The notes beneath the pieces were generated by a model, which saw nothing but the letters and a program-made list of their open reading frames with translations, searched no databases and was not told where the DNA came from. From Podarcis pityusensis (lineage: Eukaryota): a DNA stretch of 64,000 nucleotides. The translations under genes were made by a program, and so were the position numbers. Position 1 is the stretch's first letter, and every line of letters starts with the position of its first letter. The stretch is from assembly GCA_964106645.2 (NCBI GenBank), contig OZ067051.1, one strand, 5' to 3'. Positions 35,425 to 49,219 of this stretch are shown here, in pieces.

Positions 35425-38363
35425 GTACCCTTAATACCCTTCCTTCTCCCTGCTTTACTGTCACTGCAACCTTCTCTATGTCTTACTTGAATGTAACGGA
35501 AAGGTTGGGCAGGTAAGGTGGACAGGTGGCTGAGGGGGCTGTGGAAGCTGGGGGAGGATGGAAGCCTGGAGCTTTCTCCAGCCTGGATTTCAATCTGGTG
35601 GGAGAAGTATGTGGGATGCTCAGATTTGTTTATTGGTAGCTATTTGCAGCAGCAAACAGCATGATGGAAGCACTTAGCTGACCTGCTCAGCAAGCGAGCT
35701 GCTGCTGCTGCTGCTTACCTGGAAGGAGAGAGGGACTGGAGAGCTTGCAGGGAGGATGGCACAGTGCAAATGCCTAGCAGGAGCATTAAATCAGCTCAGC
35801 CAATGCATTTACACAGCACCAACCTTGCCACCACTTCCTCTCCCAGTAAGTAGCAGCAACTGATTTGCTGGGAGGTCAGGTAAACACCTCTGACCCACCA
35901 CAGCATCGGTCACTGGTGTCTGGTCATCAGACCATCACAAAACAAAACAAAAGTTTAACAGTGTGAAAGACGCAAGTAACACATCCGCTCAACGACAACA
36001 TAAGGAAACTTAAAATGCATTATTTCCTGATGTGAGGTGCTCCACAAGAGCCTTAAAAACTTGTCCCTTCTGGGAGGCAACCTTTTAAGAACGTGGGAAG
36101 TCTGTTACTGAGCTAGGCTTAGGGGACATCTCTAAGTGCAGCATTTACCCTCCCTGCTTCCATCCTTGCAGCTCACCTAGCACAAATCTTTTTGAACCAA
36201 AATTTGTCTTGGAAGAGGCAGCTTCATCTAAAAGTAGCTAGTTAGAGGATTTCCTATACACAAGGAAGCACATTTATTTTGCATCCTTAGAAAGGCTTCC
36301 AGCTTGAATAATTTTGTCATGCGTTGAATGAGCCCAGAGCAGTCTGCCTATGAGTCCTTGCTCACGCAAGTAAGAATCCTCAGCTATTTTCCTTGTTGAT
36401 GTTGCTATGATTTAAGGGCTATAAACTGACTTGAAAAGAGAATATGTTGGAATACACAATATAAGTTGGAACTAGGTTGTACCTGCCAAGCAACATGTAT
36501 CTTCAAAGCTGCAGGCAGATGTAGGAAGCTATGGGAAGCAGAGTGCTCTAATCTCTGCTGCAGGTGGCCTTCAAAAGTGCTTTGGGCAAGTACAAAAACA
36601 AGGGCTTCCTTGTATCCTTTGACGGTATTATGTGCTGGCTTCTGCAGCATAGGAAGAAGTGAGCCACACTTCTCAGTGAGAAGCTTTTGCCAACTATTAG
36701 TGAACCTCAGTCCAACAGAAAACAAGACCTGGCTTGCATATAAAACTCTGTAAAACATTTACCTTATAGAACTCTAATACTCACACAGTGTCTGTTGGGC
36801 TTATTATTACAACAGCTACATTAAAAAAAATCAAAATGTAATGTAGTGGACCTCGTTCACCATAATAGCTTCCTCAATAAGTTACAGAAGCTTTGTAATT
36901 CAAGATGCAAGAGAAGGGCATTTAACCTTAGTTCTTTCAGTGCTGAGTAAGAGAACAGATTTTGAAAGGCTGACCTTCAAAGCAGATAAAAATAAAAACA
37001 TTACTGTACAGTAAAATATTATATTTTAGTTTGTGGCAAAGAGAGGAGGCATTATGAGCTTTCCACCCACCATTAAACATTTAAAAATACTTCAGTCTTT
37101 ATATTCCTATGTTTCATTGTTTTTAGATGACATTTATGTAGTTAAGAGAAGCCCATTTCCTAAGAGTTGCCATGCTCCCTTGACTACTATTCAATGAAAT
37201 AGAAAACCTCCAAGAGCAACTGTTGAGAGCAAGAACTCATCTGGTGGCTCTCCTAACAGAGAAAGATTCAAGAACCCTGGAGAGACATTTAGCGGCTGGA
37301 AGCACAGGAGATGCTGAGCAGATTGGCGCAAAATATGTTTAAAGGTTTAATGTTTTCTAAAGAAAGTGAGTATTCAGGTCATCACTGATTTCCATTTACA
37401 AGAAAATATGTAAGGAAAAAGAATCCAAGTTTCATTTAAAAGCAAAGTTTACATAATGGCCGCTTGCCCAGTTGAAGGTGGGCAGTGGTTGTGGCCCGTC
37501 ATGGTGGCTCCGCTGCCCCAAAGTAATGCCATCATGGCTGTGGTTGTTAGCTTCTTCCCCAGGCCAACCCTGCAGCATCATGAGCCCCCATTGGGCCAAG
37601 TTTGAGTTTGCACCAATCCGCGACATACTGGGTGGGGGGGCTAGGGAGCGCACCTGAGTGCAGAAGTCTTCACTCAGGTCCGCTCCCACCTTTTATAAAT
37701 TGGCTGAATCTGCCCTTGGTAGCACATATGGCCGGGAGCATCACCCACCCATCCCACTCTCACCACTTTGCTTGAGTGTTGGTTTTCTTAAAGTTTTTTC
37801 TTCCAATATCTGCTGCTATGGTTTTAATGGTTGCTGTATTTGCATTCCCCATAGCAATAGTCACAACTTTGGCAACTTAGGCCTTGGGTGGAATTCTTTC
37901 GTCGAACTTCTGGTGAAAGTGTGAAGTGGTGACTCACCCTCATCTTGCAGCAGTGATATCAGGGTACCCCGTTAGAGGGGTCTTGAAGGATGTCTGTGTC
38001 CGAAAAGTCAAAGCGTATGGCTGGAGGGGCTTGGGCAGGGGCAGAACCATAGCTAGGGAGGGTCTAGCCAGGGTTTCTGCCCCGGGTGAAGCCTCCGGGG
38101 AGGGGGTGCCATTGAGGCTCCCAGTCTCCCAGCATGTCTGGGTTTCAGCCGAGGAGAAAGATGAAAAAGTGAATGGCAGCTATGTTCTCCATCCTTCAAC
38201 TTCATGGGGAAAGGGGAAGAAGGCTCATTTACAACACGATGCAGGGAGAGGGAGAGTTGGAAAATCTGTGGCTCTCCCCAGTGAAGCAGAAGACAAGGAT
38301 CCCCTGTGGGTTTGCAACTGTGGGAGAAAGAAATTTGGGGAGTGGGAGCTGAGGAAGAGAATC

Positions 38364-38422
38364 AGTTGGACTAGACGGTCCTTGGAATCCCTTCCAACTC
38401 TACAATTCTATGATTCCATGAT
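38364..38422 (+). mobile_element. CR1 extreme 3' end
   Basis: gttggactaga...cccttccaactctacaattctatgattccatgat. Confidence 0.85.
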
Positions 38423-39401
38423 CCCTTCAGAACTTTGAATGTGTTTAAATAGCTACGGTTGAGTCATTTTACAGACTATACTATACACACAGGAAAGTAA
38501 GGAAGGTGTGAGCACTCATATTATTCCTTTTTATTATGATCAATTATTTGAGAGGGAAAATATGATGCAATTAAATAAAACAACGCACGTCATAATTTTT
38601 ATAACTTCCCCTTTTCCCACTGTTTGGGCAGAAATTGAACACAAGCCTTGTGCATCAGAGAAACACTTTTGTAAAACAATCTCCCCACCTGCAAGGTCAG
38701 CATTCACACTCCTTGGAGAATGGAAAGAAAATAAAAAACCCCACACAAACTGCACTATAAATGGAATAACACTACTTGCACTGGATATAATATACAATAC
38801 GACACCATCTCAATGCTGTGTAATGACATCATAAAGGGTGACGGGGGAGGGGGGAAAGAGAAATTGCAGGGGGAGTCAAATAGTGTGAGACACCCACAGC
38901 AAGAAAGGTGAAGAATTTGAGCATGTTTATTGCACACTGCTGTCTGGGGATGTCTCTGTTCCATTGGCCACCATGTTTGCTTTAAGATATGTTGTGTTTA
39001 TCTGGATGGGATTTGCTTTGAAACAAGCGTGCTGACACATTGTTTTTATAGAAACCACACTGAGAGAGTTTTTACTCCTTAAAGCAGCCCATAAATACAT
39101 ACTATATCTTAAATAAATAAACACATGCATAAGGGAAGGCAGCAAAGGAAGGTAAGGAGAGTGGGAGCTAAGCCAGGTTTGGCAGGTGCAAGAGAGGGGG
39201 AAGAGGTGAGACAGGAACAAAGAGGGGAAAGGGGACCTATAGGGAAGGAGAAGAACAAAAGGGGGGTAACAGCGTTGTTATTCCAACCCCTGCTCTTGAA
39301 TCTTCCAGTAGAGCATACACAGGTCCCTATCCCATGTGAATTGGGTACCTGAGACATACACCCCTCCATTGTGCACATATTAGCAAATGAACAGGTCTGC
39401 A

Positions 39402-39655
39402 CAGTGCTGGGTTTACGTATAAGCTAAACAAGCTATAGCTTAGGGCCCCACTCTCTTTGGGGCCCCACAAAAATTTAAAGAAAAAAAACCCTGGATGTAC
39501 ATTTTAAAAATATAAGATAAGAAACAAATAAAACCTACATACAGCAACCATGTTTTGTGTTGTGTTGTGATGTAAGTCATGGGCCCCGCCTGCTATATAA
39601 AGGGCCCCATTACCTTCAGTAGCTCAGGGCCTCATCAAATCTAAATCCAGCCCTG
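39402..39655. mobile_element. hAT-type MITE
   Basis: TIRs cagtgctgggttta/taaatccagccctg; perfect 8-bp TSD ggtctgca. Confidence 0.9.
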
Positions 39656-41039
39656 GGTCTGCAGACAGCTAACAAGTCAAATATGTCCTCCTCTACATAT
39701 TATTTTTTGTGATCTGCAGTGTCCTTGTATAAGCAAAATATAGAAGGTTATAACTAATCATTTCGACTCTTTTTAAGAAAACAGAGGAAGTGAGATAAAC
39801 AGATTTCCTGCAGTGTGGACAAGGTGGACATTACAGAGCTGTTGACTATATTTTAAAACAACAACCCTTAACTTCACCTTCTCTTCTTATATTCTGATTT
39901 GATCTTGACGGTAATGCAATCCCAGAAGGCAAATTATCAGGAAGGTTTTATTTGAATCCTCCTCACCTTCCCTGGCTTGACTCATTTGGAAACATGAAAT
40001 TATGACAGTGTTTATATTCCTGTGGCTTCTATCATCTCATTCTAAGTGGGATGACAGGTTGACAAAAAGATGGAAAAATTTATCTACTTAACTCTCCTTG
40101 TGAAGATGCACACTGAGGTGAATCTCAATTACAGAACAAATTAAAATACACCCTGTATGCAGTACAAAAACAGCATCACGGACATGCCAACTTATACAAG
40201 GCAATGAAAGCAGGCCTGTCATCAAAGGAACATCAGGGTGTAGAGAGTTTGCATTTTATGCTATCCTACTATAACAGCATGCAGAGGAGAAGTGGGCAGG
40301 GGGGGGCTTAAAAAACTACAATAAATACAAAGAAAACAAGCCACAACTGACAACCAAATCAGCAGTTTAGCCAAAGCAATCCATAGCAGCATCCTCAACT
40401 GCACAATGTGACCAGTGATGTTTTCATCCTAGCCCCTAATTACTGGGCCTGAAGATCCAGATGAGGGCAAATGATAGACCTGTGGAACACAATATGCTTC
40501 TGCTTTGTTTAAAAACAATATGTATCCAACACACCTCTATTCCTTGAGATCCCAATTGCAGATTGGGATGACATTTCAGTCCACAGGAGGCTGAACTCTC
40601 CTTCCTACAACTATAATAGCAGGGTTATTCTCTCCAAATAACTCAAGTGGACCTTATTCATTTGGTATATGTGGTGACTTACACATTATATCTATAATAA
40701 GTGGTTATGAAGCTGACCCACTTTCTTAGTTTGGCTCATCCTCAGAGACTATATCTTGAGTTTTTTACCCTAGTATCTTCCAGAATGTTTGCTTTCTATC
40801 TGCTTTTTTTGCCTGCAAAATTTATTATTAAATATATGACCAAATACAAACACTTCATGGCAGACTAATCCATTACAACACAATCCTATACATGGCTACA
40901 CAGATGTAAGCATCATTCAGTTTGATGGAATTTGTTCCTAAAGGTGGTAGGATTATACCCTTTTAAAAAATGGACCTAATTTCAGTTGCTATGTCTTCTA
41001 TTTTTTTAAAAAAAGTCATTTAATTGCATGCAATGGTTT

Positions 41040-41345
41040 GCACAGCATGCTAGGCCAAATCATGGTTTAGCATGGACGTGTGAGGGCTCTGGGAGAGGAG
41101 ATCACAGTTCCCTTGCTCCTCACTGGTTGCTCTGACGTTGCACTGTGCTAAGCCATGGTTTGGCTTAACATGTCATACAAATCTGCACTCGTGGCTTACC
41201 TAGGCCAGACAAACCATGAGCCAAAGTAGAGAACAAATATTGTTCACAAACTCATGTTTAGCCTGGAAAGACCTAAACTGTGAATCCGGTTTCAGCAGAC
41301 ATGACATGCAAAACCATGGCTTAGCCCAGCATAGCAGAGGATGAC
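41040..41345. repeat. Decayed palindromic element built of aaccatggtt-type motifs
   Basis: tgtgctaagccatggtttggcttaacatgtcat versus atgacatgcaaaaccatggcttagcccagca are inverted; the motif is repeated. Confidence 0.55.
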
Positions 41346-41725
41346 TGGGGAAAGAACAATGAAGCCACAATCTATGCTGTTTAAAATTTAGTTGGATGCA
41401 ACCTTGGTTTGTGTACCATTTTATCTTTTTTTAAAAAAACAAACAAACTATGATGAAAACCTACTGTACTGAAAACAGAGTAGCAAAGCTTAAATCAGGT
41501 GGGTCCAGTGACAGCTATGCATCATGGTTGGTAGCTATGTGGAATTTCAAATGTGGAATGTGGAATTGATGTCCGGGGGGGGGGGGGGGGATTTCTGAAT
41601 TGTGGTGATTTGTCCTGGATCTTAGACAAGTCAATCAAAAAATCATACTTTTTTGTGTTTTGTTTAAAAAAAAAAAGGAAAAGCTAAACAGCTTTGGGGT
41701 TTTCAAAAAGAAAGCTCAACAATTA

Positions 41726-41836
41726 CCATATTTTTCTGTGTACTGGGGGGAAGATATAACTGTGTATAAGATGACCCCCAATTTTAAACAATATTTTCTA
41801 GTTTAAAAACCTAGTCTTATACACAGAAAAGTACAG
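41726..41836. mobile_element. Tc1/mariner-type (Tc2-like) MITE, family B
   Basis: TA-ccatatttttctgtgta...tatacacagaaaagtacag-TA; related to 63619-63769. Confidence 0.75.
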
Positions 41837-42127
41837 TACTTGAAATATGGCAACCCTATGCATACCTCCAAATACCAGGTGCTGGGGGGAAGGCCACTGT
41901 GTGAACTAAAATACAGAATTGGAGGCTCATCCAGGAGGAGCCCTCCAGGATATCCCACCCACACTGCAAGTTCCTTACAATGTGAAACCAATTAGACTTT
42001 ACTCAGTCTCTTGATGGTCAATAATGACACCTCTCCCCATCACTGGTGCCTTCAAATTGTCTTCATACATGATATTTTCACACCAAGTTTGAATGCTGCA
42101 AGCCCAGAATCCAAGGACCACCTATGT

Positions 42128-42260
42128 TAAGGTTACCAGACGTCCTTGTTTCCTGGGGAGAGTCCCCAGATTTAGAAGTCAGTCCCCTGACAAAATCCAC
42201 TGAATTCAACTGAAGTTGAAAAGTGTCCCCGGATTCATTGAAAAAAAGCTGGTAACCTTA
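42128..42260. mobile_element. hAT-type MITE
   Basis: Perfect TIRs taaggttaccag/ctggtaacctta and perfect 8-bp TSD acctatgt. Confidence 0.93.
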
Positions 42261-42795
42261 ACCTATGTGGCTTATCTTCCAGCTTTAAGTGTGCATTCTC
42301 TCTTTGATTTCCTACTGGAAATCGCAGGGAATATACCTCCTTTGAAAACAATGGAGGTACTTGGCCAGCTGGAAAACCAGCTGTGTTTACAGTTCTAGCA
42401 TCTGGTTTCTAAATAATACACACCACATTGCATAATGAACCTGTAGCATTTATGATCAATCAATTTCACAGTCCCAGTCAATACAGTAAGCACTCTGAGT
42501 AGCTGCAAACTGGACTATTCCCCCAGACTAGTTTCAGAGTGGATGGGAAAATAAGGACCACCTGAAGGACAGCCACTAGAGAACTAATTTGGCTGCATGT
42601 CTGTATGGAGACAATCGGCTTTAGCCTTTTAGGCTGCAATCCCATCACACATATTTAGTGGGGCTTCCTTATGAGTAGCATGCATAGGACTGCACTGTTA
42701 AAACACTGATCCTCACTGTCTTATGTTGTCAACAGTCTCAAGATCAGAAGCGTACAATGGAACCCGCCTTCAGGTTCAGCAAGTGTTGCAATATA

Positions 42796-43020
42796 CAGTG
42801 GTACCTCGGGTTACATATGCTTCAGGTTACAGACTCCGCTAACCCAGAAATAGTACCTCGGGTTAAGAAGTTTGCTTCAGGATGAGAACAGAAATGTGCT
42901 CCGGCGGTGCAGCAGCAGCAGGAGGCCTCATTAGCTAAAGTGGTGCTTCAGGTTAAGAATAGTTTCAGGTTAAGAACGGACCTCCGGAATGAATTAAGTA
43001 CTTAACCTGAGGTACCACTG
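42796..43020. mobile_element. Tc1/mariner-type MITE, family A copy 3
   Basis: TA-cagtggtacctcgggtta...taacctgaggtaccactg-TA. Confidence 0.93.
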
Positions 43021-43249
43021 TATCATGGTTTTTGTACCTTGGGATAACATGACCATTATTATCATGTTCATCTGTTAAGGCAAGTCAAATCAAAGACAAA
43101 TTCCACAAATTCCTCAGTTTGGTTTTCTTGATCATCCTACTCATTTCTTAATTTTTAATTTTCTTTATTTATTGCACTTTTAAACAAAGTAATACAACAA
43201 ACCCAGGAAAAATGTGTAAACCAACTCTCCCATCATTTTGCAGGCTGAG

Positions 43250-43710
43250 GGTGTATAATAAAAATTGCAAAATTGCAAAAGGAAGAATATAAGTTGCAAA
43301 AAAGCAAGGAAACAAAGAAACAACCAATAACATATTATATCTATATTCAAATAAATTAATATTTAGCTGACACGAGGCCTCTGAGAGATTGTTTATTCAC
43401 ATGCATAATTAAAGTCCACCAAACTGCTCCAAAATCTTAGGCTCTGTCTCACCCTTCAGTGCTCTCAGGTGGTAGGTCACCTTTTCAGAAATAGCAATAT
43501 TTCTCCACATAATATTGGTAGTGCCTTTCCATCTTTGGGCAATAACCTGCCATACAACTAAATTGTGGGAAGTTTTATAGTAATTTGAGTTATCTTAATA
43601 ACATAGAAAGGACACATAGTTTAGGGTCATGGTAACTTTGGCTGATAATTCCAGTCAACACAACTGTCCAGAAGACACTGACATGTGGGCAGGCCCACAA
43701 AAGGGTCAAT
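43250..43710 (-). mobile_element. Decayed L1-clade 3' end
   Basis: Minus-strand remnants LLWACPH..FWTV, IAQRWK, IAISEKVTY, F..VW resemble the L1 ORF2 C-terminus; an aataaa-rich tail follows. Confidence 0.5.
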
Positions 43711-43752
43711 ATACCCCTGGTGCTTCATTATTTATCTATTTAGTAGATGTAT

Positions 43753-43828
43753 AGTGCCTGGCATGCTCTGGTCCATGGGGTCACAAAGAGCCGGGCATGA
43801 CTAAACGAGTAAACAACAACAACAACAA
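43753..43828 (+). mobile_element. RTE-BovB 3' terminus
   Basis: gcctggcatgctctggtccatggggtcacaaagagccgggcatgactaaacga followed by (CAA)n matches the BovB tail motif. Confidence 0.85.
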
Positions 43829-46800
43829 ATATCCCACTTCTCTAGTAGAGTCCTTAAAGCACTTACAACATTTGTGCCCTGATAGGCAGGGACATAAGCT
43901 GGGGTTGAACTGAGCTACTTTTATTTAGACCTTAGATTAAAATCACCAGAGGGGGATGGCTATGGGGGGCGGGGACTAACTTCACTGTATAACTATAACC
44001 ACTGGGAAATCTGCCCTTGCCTAAAGAATTAGGGCACAGCTCCCTAGCCTGCCCCGATTCCCGAGCAACACCCTGAAGGTGAGGAAGGGAGGCCTTAGCT
44101 TATCAACTCCCAGGACCTCAGAACTCCAGGTGGATGAGGGAGTTTGGCCTCAAAGGAGGCCCCAATCTTACCCTCTGAATCACAAAGTCCAAGAAGTGAG
44201 CCTCAGGGCTGAGCAATCACCTGAATGGTGCCTAAAGGGCATCACCAGGCTAAACCAAACTATTTCTTTTCCCACACCTAAACTGCCCAAAGTGACCAAA
44301 TCTAGAAGATGAACCTATTTAAACAACACAACAGACCAACTAGCAATCTGTCCTGCTATTGAGTGTGAAGTAGGTAAATTTTCCCAATCTGCATTTTGCA
44401 ATCCAAAATGCGGATTGGGAGGAAGTCCTACCGGGCCCCCTAGTGGTGACCCCGAAGCACACAGGGTGACAGGGAGGGAGAGCGAGAGCTGCTGCAAACT
44501 AAGAGGTTGGAGGAAAAGTAGATTGTCCCTTTTATAGGGTCCAAGCCCTGTTCCCCCTCCTCATACCACCTTAGGAATGCACCCATTGGTGCCAAGGATT
44601 TTCCCACTCTGCCTTGCTTGTCCAATGACTTGCAATGGTGCCCAGCCTTTAAGGCATCATCTAGGCCATTTGGCTGAACATTTTTATAAAATAACAGTGG
44701 ATACATGAAGTACAATACAATCAAAGTCAACTCCGAAACAACCAGCCCAACTGGATCAGGACCTGGTACCTGATATTCCTTCCCACAAGGCAGAGGTGAA
44801 GGGGGACAATTAGCTGGCTTTGCTGCCAGACTCACCCACTGTCTGCCTAGAGGCTCCAAATTCCTTGTATAAGCATATGCATTGTATGAGTGCAGCAGCT
44901 GCACAGCACTAGAATTACTGTAGGTTAACTTTCTAAAAGGTACATGGAAAATATAGAGAAATTACAGTTTATCGAGCCACTTTGAATCAGTCTAGTAAAG
45001 CCACATGGGCCCATTTCTATAGCACTGACAAAACTGACTGAAGTGATTGATGTTGACTAGAAATTGCTCTGAGTCACAGAGTAAACGCTCACTCATATAA
45101 TTCATTTTCAGTGAGTACAGTAGACTCGGCAACTGGAGATGTAAGGGCCAAATTCAGCCCCCCAAGGACTGCAAAATAGCCCTCAAATGTCTGTTCAGAG
45201 TTAAGAGGTGTGAGGTTTTCCCCCACTGCCACAGCTGTTCCCAGGACTGTAACCAAGGGAGAAGGCAAATCCAGCTCTCCAAGTTTCCATCACTAATGTC
45301 CTCCACATGTTGATTCGGATCATTAGCTGCCTTGAGCAGGCCACTAGAAAGGCAAGGTATAAATCCAACAAAAATAAATAAGGTACACAATATGGGGAGG
45401 CAGTGGTGGATATGGCACCAAGGCTTGTGGTCAATTCATCCAGGCAGTGCCGGGGGGGGCGGGGCGGGGTGTGGCTGGCCCACCACCTTTAACACTTTGT
45501 CAGTGGTGATCCTGTAAACCTATTTGCAGACCAGGATAGTCCAGCCATCATCATAGGATAATAGTGCCTTATCAGTTTCTTCTGGTGAGGTCCCTCCACC
45601 GCACCCCCCTGCCAGAATAGAAACAAGATAAAAGGTGGCATTTATCACATCCGATAAAGGTCTTGAGAATTCACAGGATCTCTCTCATTGTAAATATACC
45701 ACCCTTCCAGCAGCATTTACTACAATGTAATGTTCACATGTCTTCCAAGAAAGCAGTGGCACTTCTAATGGACAATTCAGAAAGGATAACGCATTTGGGG
45801 GTTTTCAAAATAAACCCCAGCTTTCTTGTCATTTCAAACTAAGAGATAAGGCACTTACTGAATGTCTTTCCTGTTTAGCACTTCCGATTCAACATTAGAT
45901 CACTCGACACAAACAAACAGGAGTCAGATAAAATCAATGCAGCAACAAGGCTGCCTTTTAAACTAAAAGTAAGTGGATTCTCTTTCTGCCATGTAAACAG
46001 TCACTGAGCAATATGTCTTTCCCAATTGTCTATTTATGATGTAGGCTAGAAGAAAGAAAAGAAAGAAAAGATCAGTTGCCTTCAAGGAAGGGAACCATTT
46101 ACTGTCTGGGAAAAACACCAGCAAAGGACCTTTGCTTTTATTTTTCCTTTTCAGAGGCAAGCCACTTACTTCGTTGACAAAAAAAGCCCTGTGCTAGCAA
46201 TGCCAATCAAAAGAAAAGATCATAAAGTTTTTTCAGCAGATGAATGTATGTTAATTAGCATATGATTTGCATCCCTTCTGTTCCCATTGCATAACAAGAT
46301 CACTTGCCTTTAAACCCTTACTCTCAAGTAGTTTCAAAGTCAATCGGAACAAATAATAGCTTGGAAATAATGATTTCAAGTGAATGGATCATGGCCTTGC
46401 TATATATCATAGGCTGAAGAAGCATTCATGGCCTGCTAATCAAAGCTTAATTATCTGTCTGCCTGTGAAATCGATCTGGTCTTGACTGGCATTCTGCAGA
46501 AATTGATTATTTTGTGTCTATAAAAAGGTGGCATGTATAACAAAGGAAACAAGTAGACATTGTCCACCGGTGTTATATCACAGACAGGGAAATCCTTCCG
46601 CAACAAAATGTATTGCTTAAAAAAAAAAATTAAAGAAAAAAATCAGAAATGTAACCACTGGAAAAGGTCTCAAGCTTTTAATGCTGCAAAGTTACTTTGA
46701 GCTTCTGAACTACAAGATGATAGACATGAGGATTTTGTGTGATTCAGATGTCATAATAAACCACAGTTTATCATAAGCAATGAACAGCAGCTCCTAAACA

Positions 46801-47649
46801 TTTCACTTGGAAAGAGTCCCACTGTCATTAATATACTATAACCTCACATTTCTTCATGTACAGTTGTGGAAACATTTTGCTGTAGCATTTCAGAGCAGTC
46901 ACAAAATATGTGAAATGCACAGTTTAGTCCACTAAAGAAAAAGGACAAAACTTGTGGCATTTAAAAAAAAAAGCCATACAACAGCAAAGAAACAGAAGAA
47001 ATTTTGGATTAGATTTTATACAGCTGAAAACTCATATAGTTTTGGATTGTTCTAGAGCCATCACTGAGATCTGCTAGCACTATAGGTTCAAAACTGCTGT
47101 TTGTTGCAGCCAAAAAGCTAAGGATAATAATACTACCAGTAATAATCATTAGGGATTACTGTATTTACATGAATCTAATGTGCACCACAATTTTCAAAAT
47201 CTTGAAACAAACAAACAAAAATTGCTAGCAAATGTAAATGCGCCAGCAGATCTAAAGCACACCTTAATTATAGCAACATAATTTGGCCAAAAAAGGTGCA
47301 CATTACATTTGAGTAAATATGGTATTTGTGATTTTCTTCCAAGGAGCAGTTTACATGCAGAACTCATACAGCTGACCCACCCAGGCAGGTTATAGGACAA
47401 GAACATCCTAGTTTTAACAGTATAATTGAGTCATGTACCTGAAACATGTCTCAGCCCCAAATCCAGACTGGAGAGGATCATCTGTTTCATCTAATTAAAC
47501 ATGGAGTTGGGTCACTGCCACCAGCTCATCACTTTTCCCCAAAATGACAAATTTGAGAGGTGGGGACTGCCTGAGCAAAAGGACAAGATGGCACACACTC
47601 ATGTCTATTTCATTTACAGAAGTCTAATGTAACTTCAACACTGCCAATA

Positions 47650-47891
47650 CAGTGGTACCATGGGTTACAGATGCTTCAGGTTACAGATGCTTCAGGTTAC
47701 AGACTTCGCTAACCCAGAAATAGTACCATGGGTTAAGAACTTTGCTTCAGGATGAGAACACAAATCGTGCTCCGGCGGCACGATGGCAGCAGGAGGCCCC
47801 ATTTGCTAAAGTGGTGCTTCAGGTTAAGAACAGTTTCAAGTTAAGAACAGACCTCCAGAATGAATTAAGTCCTTAACCCGAGGTACCACTG
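47650..47891. mobile_element. Tc1/mariner-type MITE, family A copy 4
   Basis: TA-cagtggtaccatgggtta...taacccgaggtaccactg-TA. Confidence 0.93.
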
Positions 47892-49095
47892 TAGTATCCT
47901 CTAGCACAGTGGGGGGCAACAGGCTAGCTGGTGGTGGGGTGGGGGCACAAGATAGGTTGCATGGCCCACAAGTCTGTCTTCCAATAGCTCAGTGCTCCTC
48001 TTTACCCAACAGCATCTGTTTCCTGCTGCTGCTGCCTTGCTCTGCCTCATAGGAAATCCACAGTGGGCTCCAGAGTCCAGTCCAATGCATGCTTTTCAGG
48101 TGGGTCTGATGACTCACCTGGCACATTCACCGGTAAATGTATGAAACATGTAAAATGTTTGGTGTGTGCTCAGGGAAACTGAGTCACACCAAGCAACTCC
48201 CAGTTCAGAGTGGGCAGAGGGCTAGACCTTACGAAACACTTTGAGCAAACAGGGAGCACCTCAAGGGAGGCTGTGAAAGAGAAAGAAGATAAACTGATAG
48301 CTAAGTGCTAGAAATTTGTTTGGTGGAGGAAATAAAGGTGGTTGCCAGCAGTGCCAAATGCAACAGAGAGATGAAATAAATTAAGAACAAAGAACCTCAA
48401 GGAGATCATTTGTGACTTTCATGAGAGCTTCTCACTCTAAATATGGTAAAATATGCCCCATCTTGCATTCATTAGAGAATTGGCAGACAAGGAGTAGAAA
48501 TTTCATTTCTACAGGCCAGTTAAAGCAGCATAGATGTCTAGCATTGGTAGCCATCAAATTAGGAGAATCTATTGCAGTACATCAATAAATGGGGTCTTCC
48601 AAGTTAGCAGTACTTAGAGAAATTTAACTCGTGTTAATTGAATGCTAATGATATGTGCAATTATTCTGGATCACAGGGAGCTATAAGTAAGGCTGCCTTA
48701 GCATTCAATATGAGTCCTCAAGCCATCACTTGGAAATTTGAGCTAATTGAGAGGCTTGGGGTTTCCTAACATCATTCTCCATCTATTTTGCTTTAATAAG
48801 TTTTTGATATTGTAGCACAGAAGGTCACACCAGGGGAAAAAATTAAAGATTTTCATACTCATAGAAGTTTACATAGAGAGGTAACACTGTAAGAGAATAA
48901 GAAGTTTCAGGTGCCTGATGCCATTTCCTGATTTTGCTTCAAAGCGATTGTTTGCTCTTCAAATCAGTACAGTACTTTATCTTGGTGTGCATCACAAGAG
49001 CAAGATAAAGTAGGAGTGGAGTACATCTTACATGTTTACTGGTTCTTCGTCTTTGTCTTAAATTAAACATACCCACACTGAAATCTGACAAAGTG

Positions 49096-49121
49096 AGATT
49101 AGATTAGATTAGATTAGATTA
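49096..49121. repeat. (GATTA)n microsatellite
   Basis: Direct reading. Confidence 0.9.
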
Positions 49122-49219
49122 AAGGCTCATTTTTATGTTGCTGTTCATTTTAGGCCCCAGAAGCCATGCACATGAATATGAAAATGCAAATGGAACAGAA
49201 CAACTGTACAAGAGGAAGA

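Noticed and set aside
37926-38438. 170-aa ORF
   Set aside because: GTG start, runs through G-rich sequence and a CR1 tail; no coherent domain.
44270-44930. 154-aa minus-strand ORF, possible old L1 remnant
   Set aside because: Only vague LINE-like words; not enough to call a gene or a specific element.
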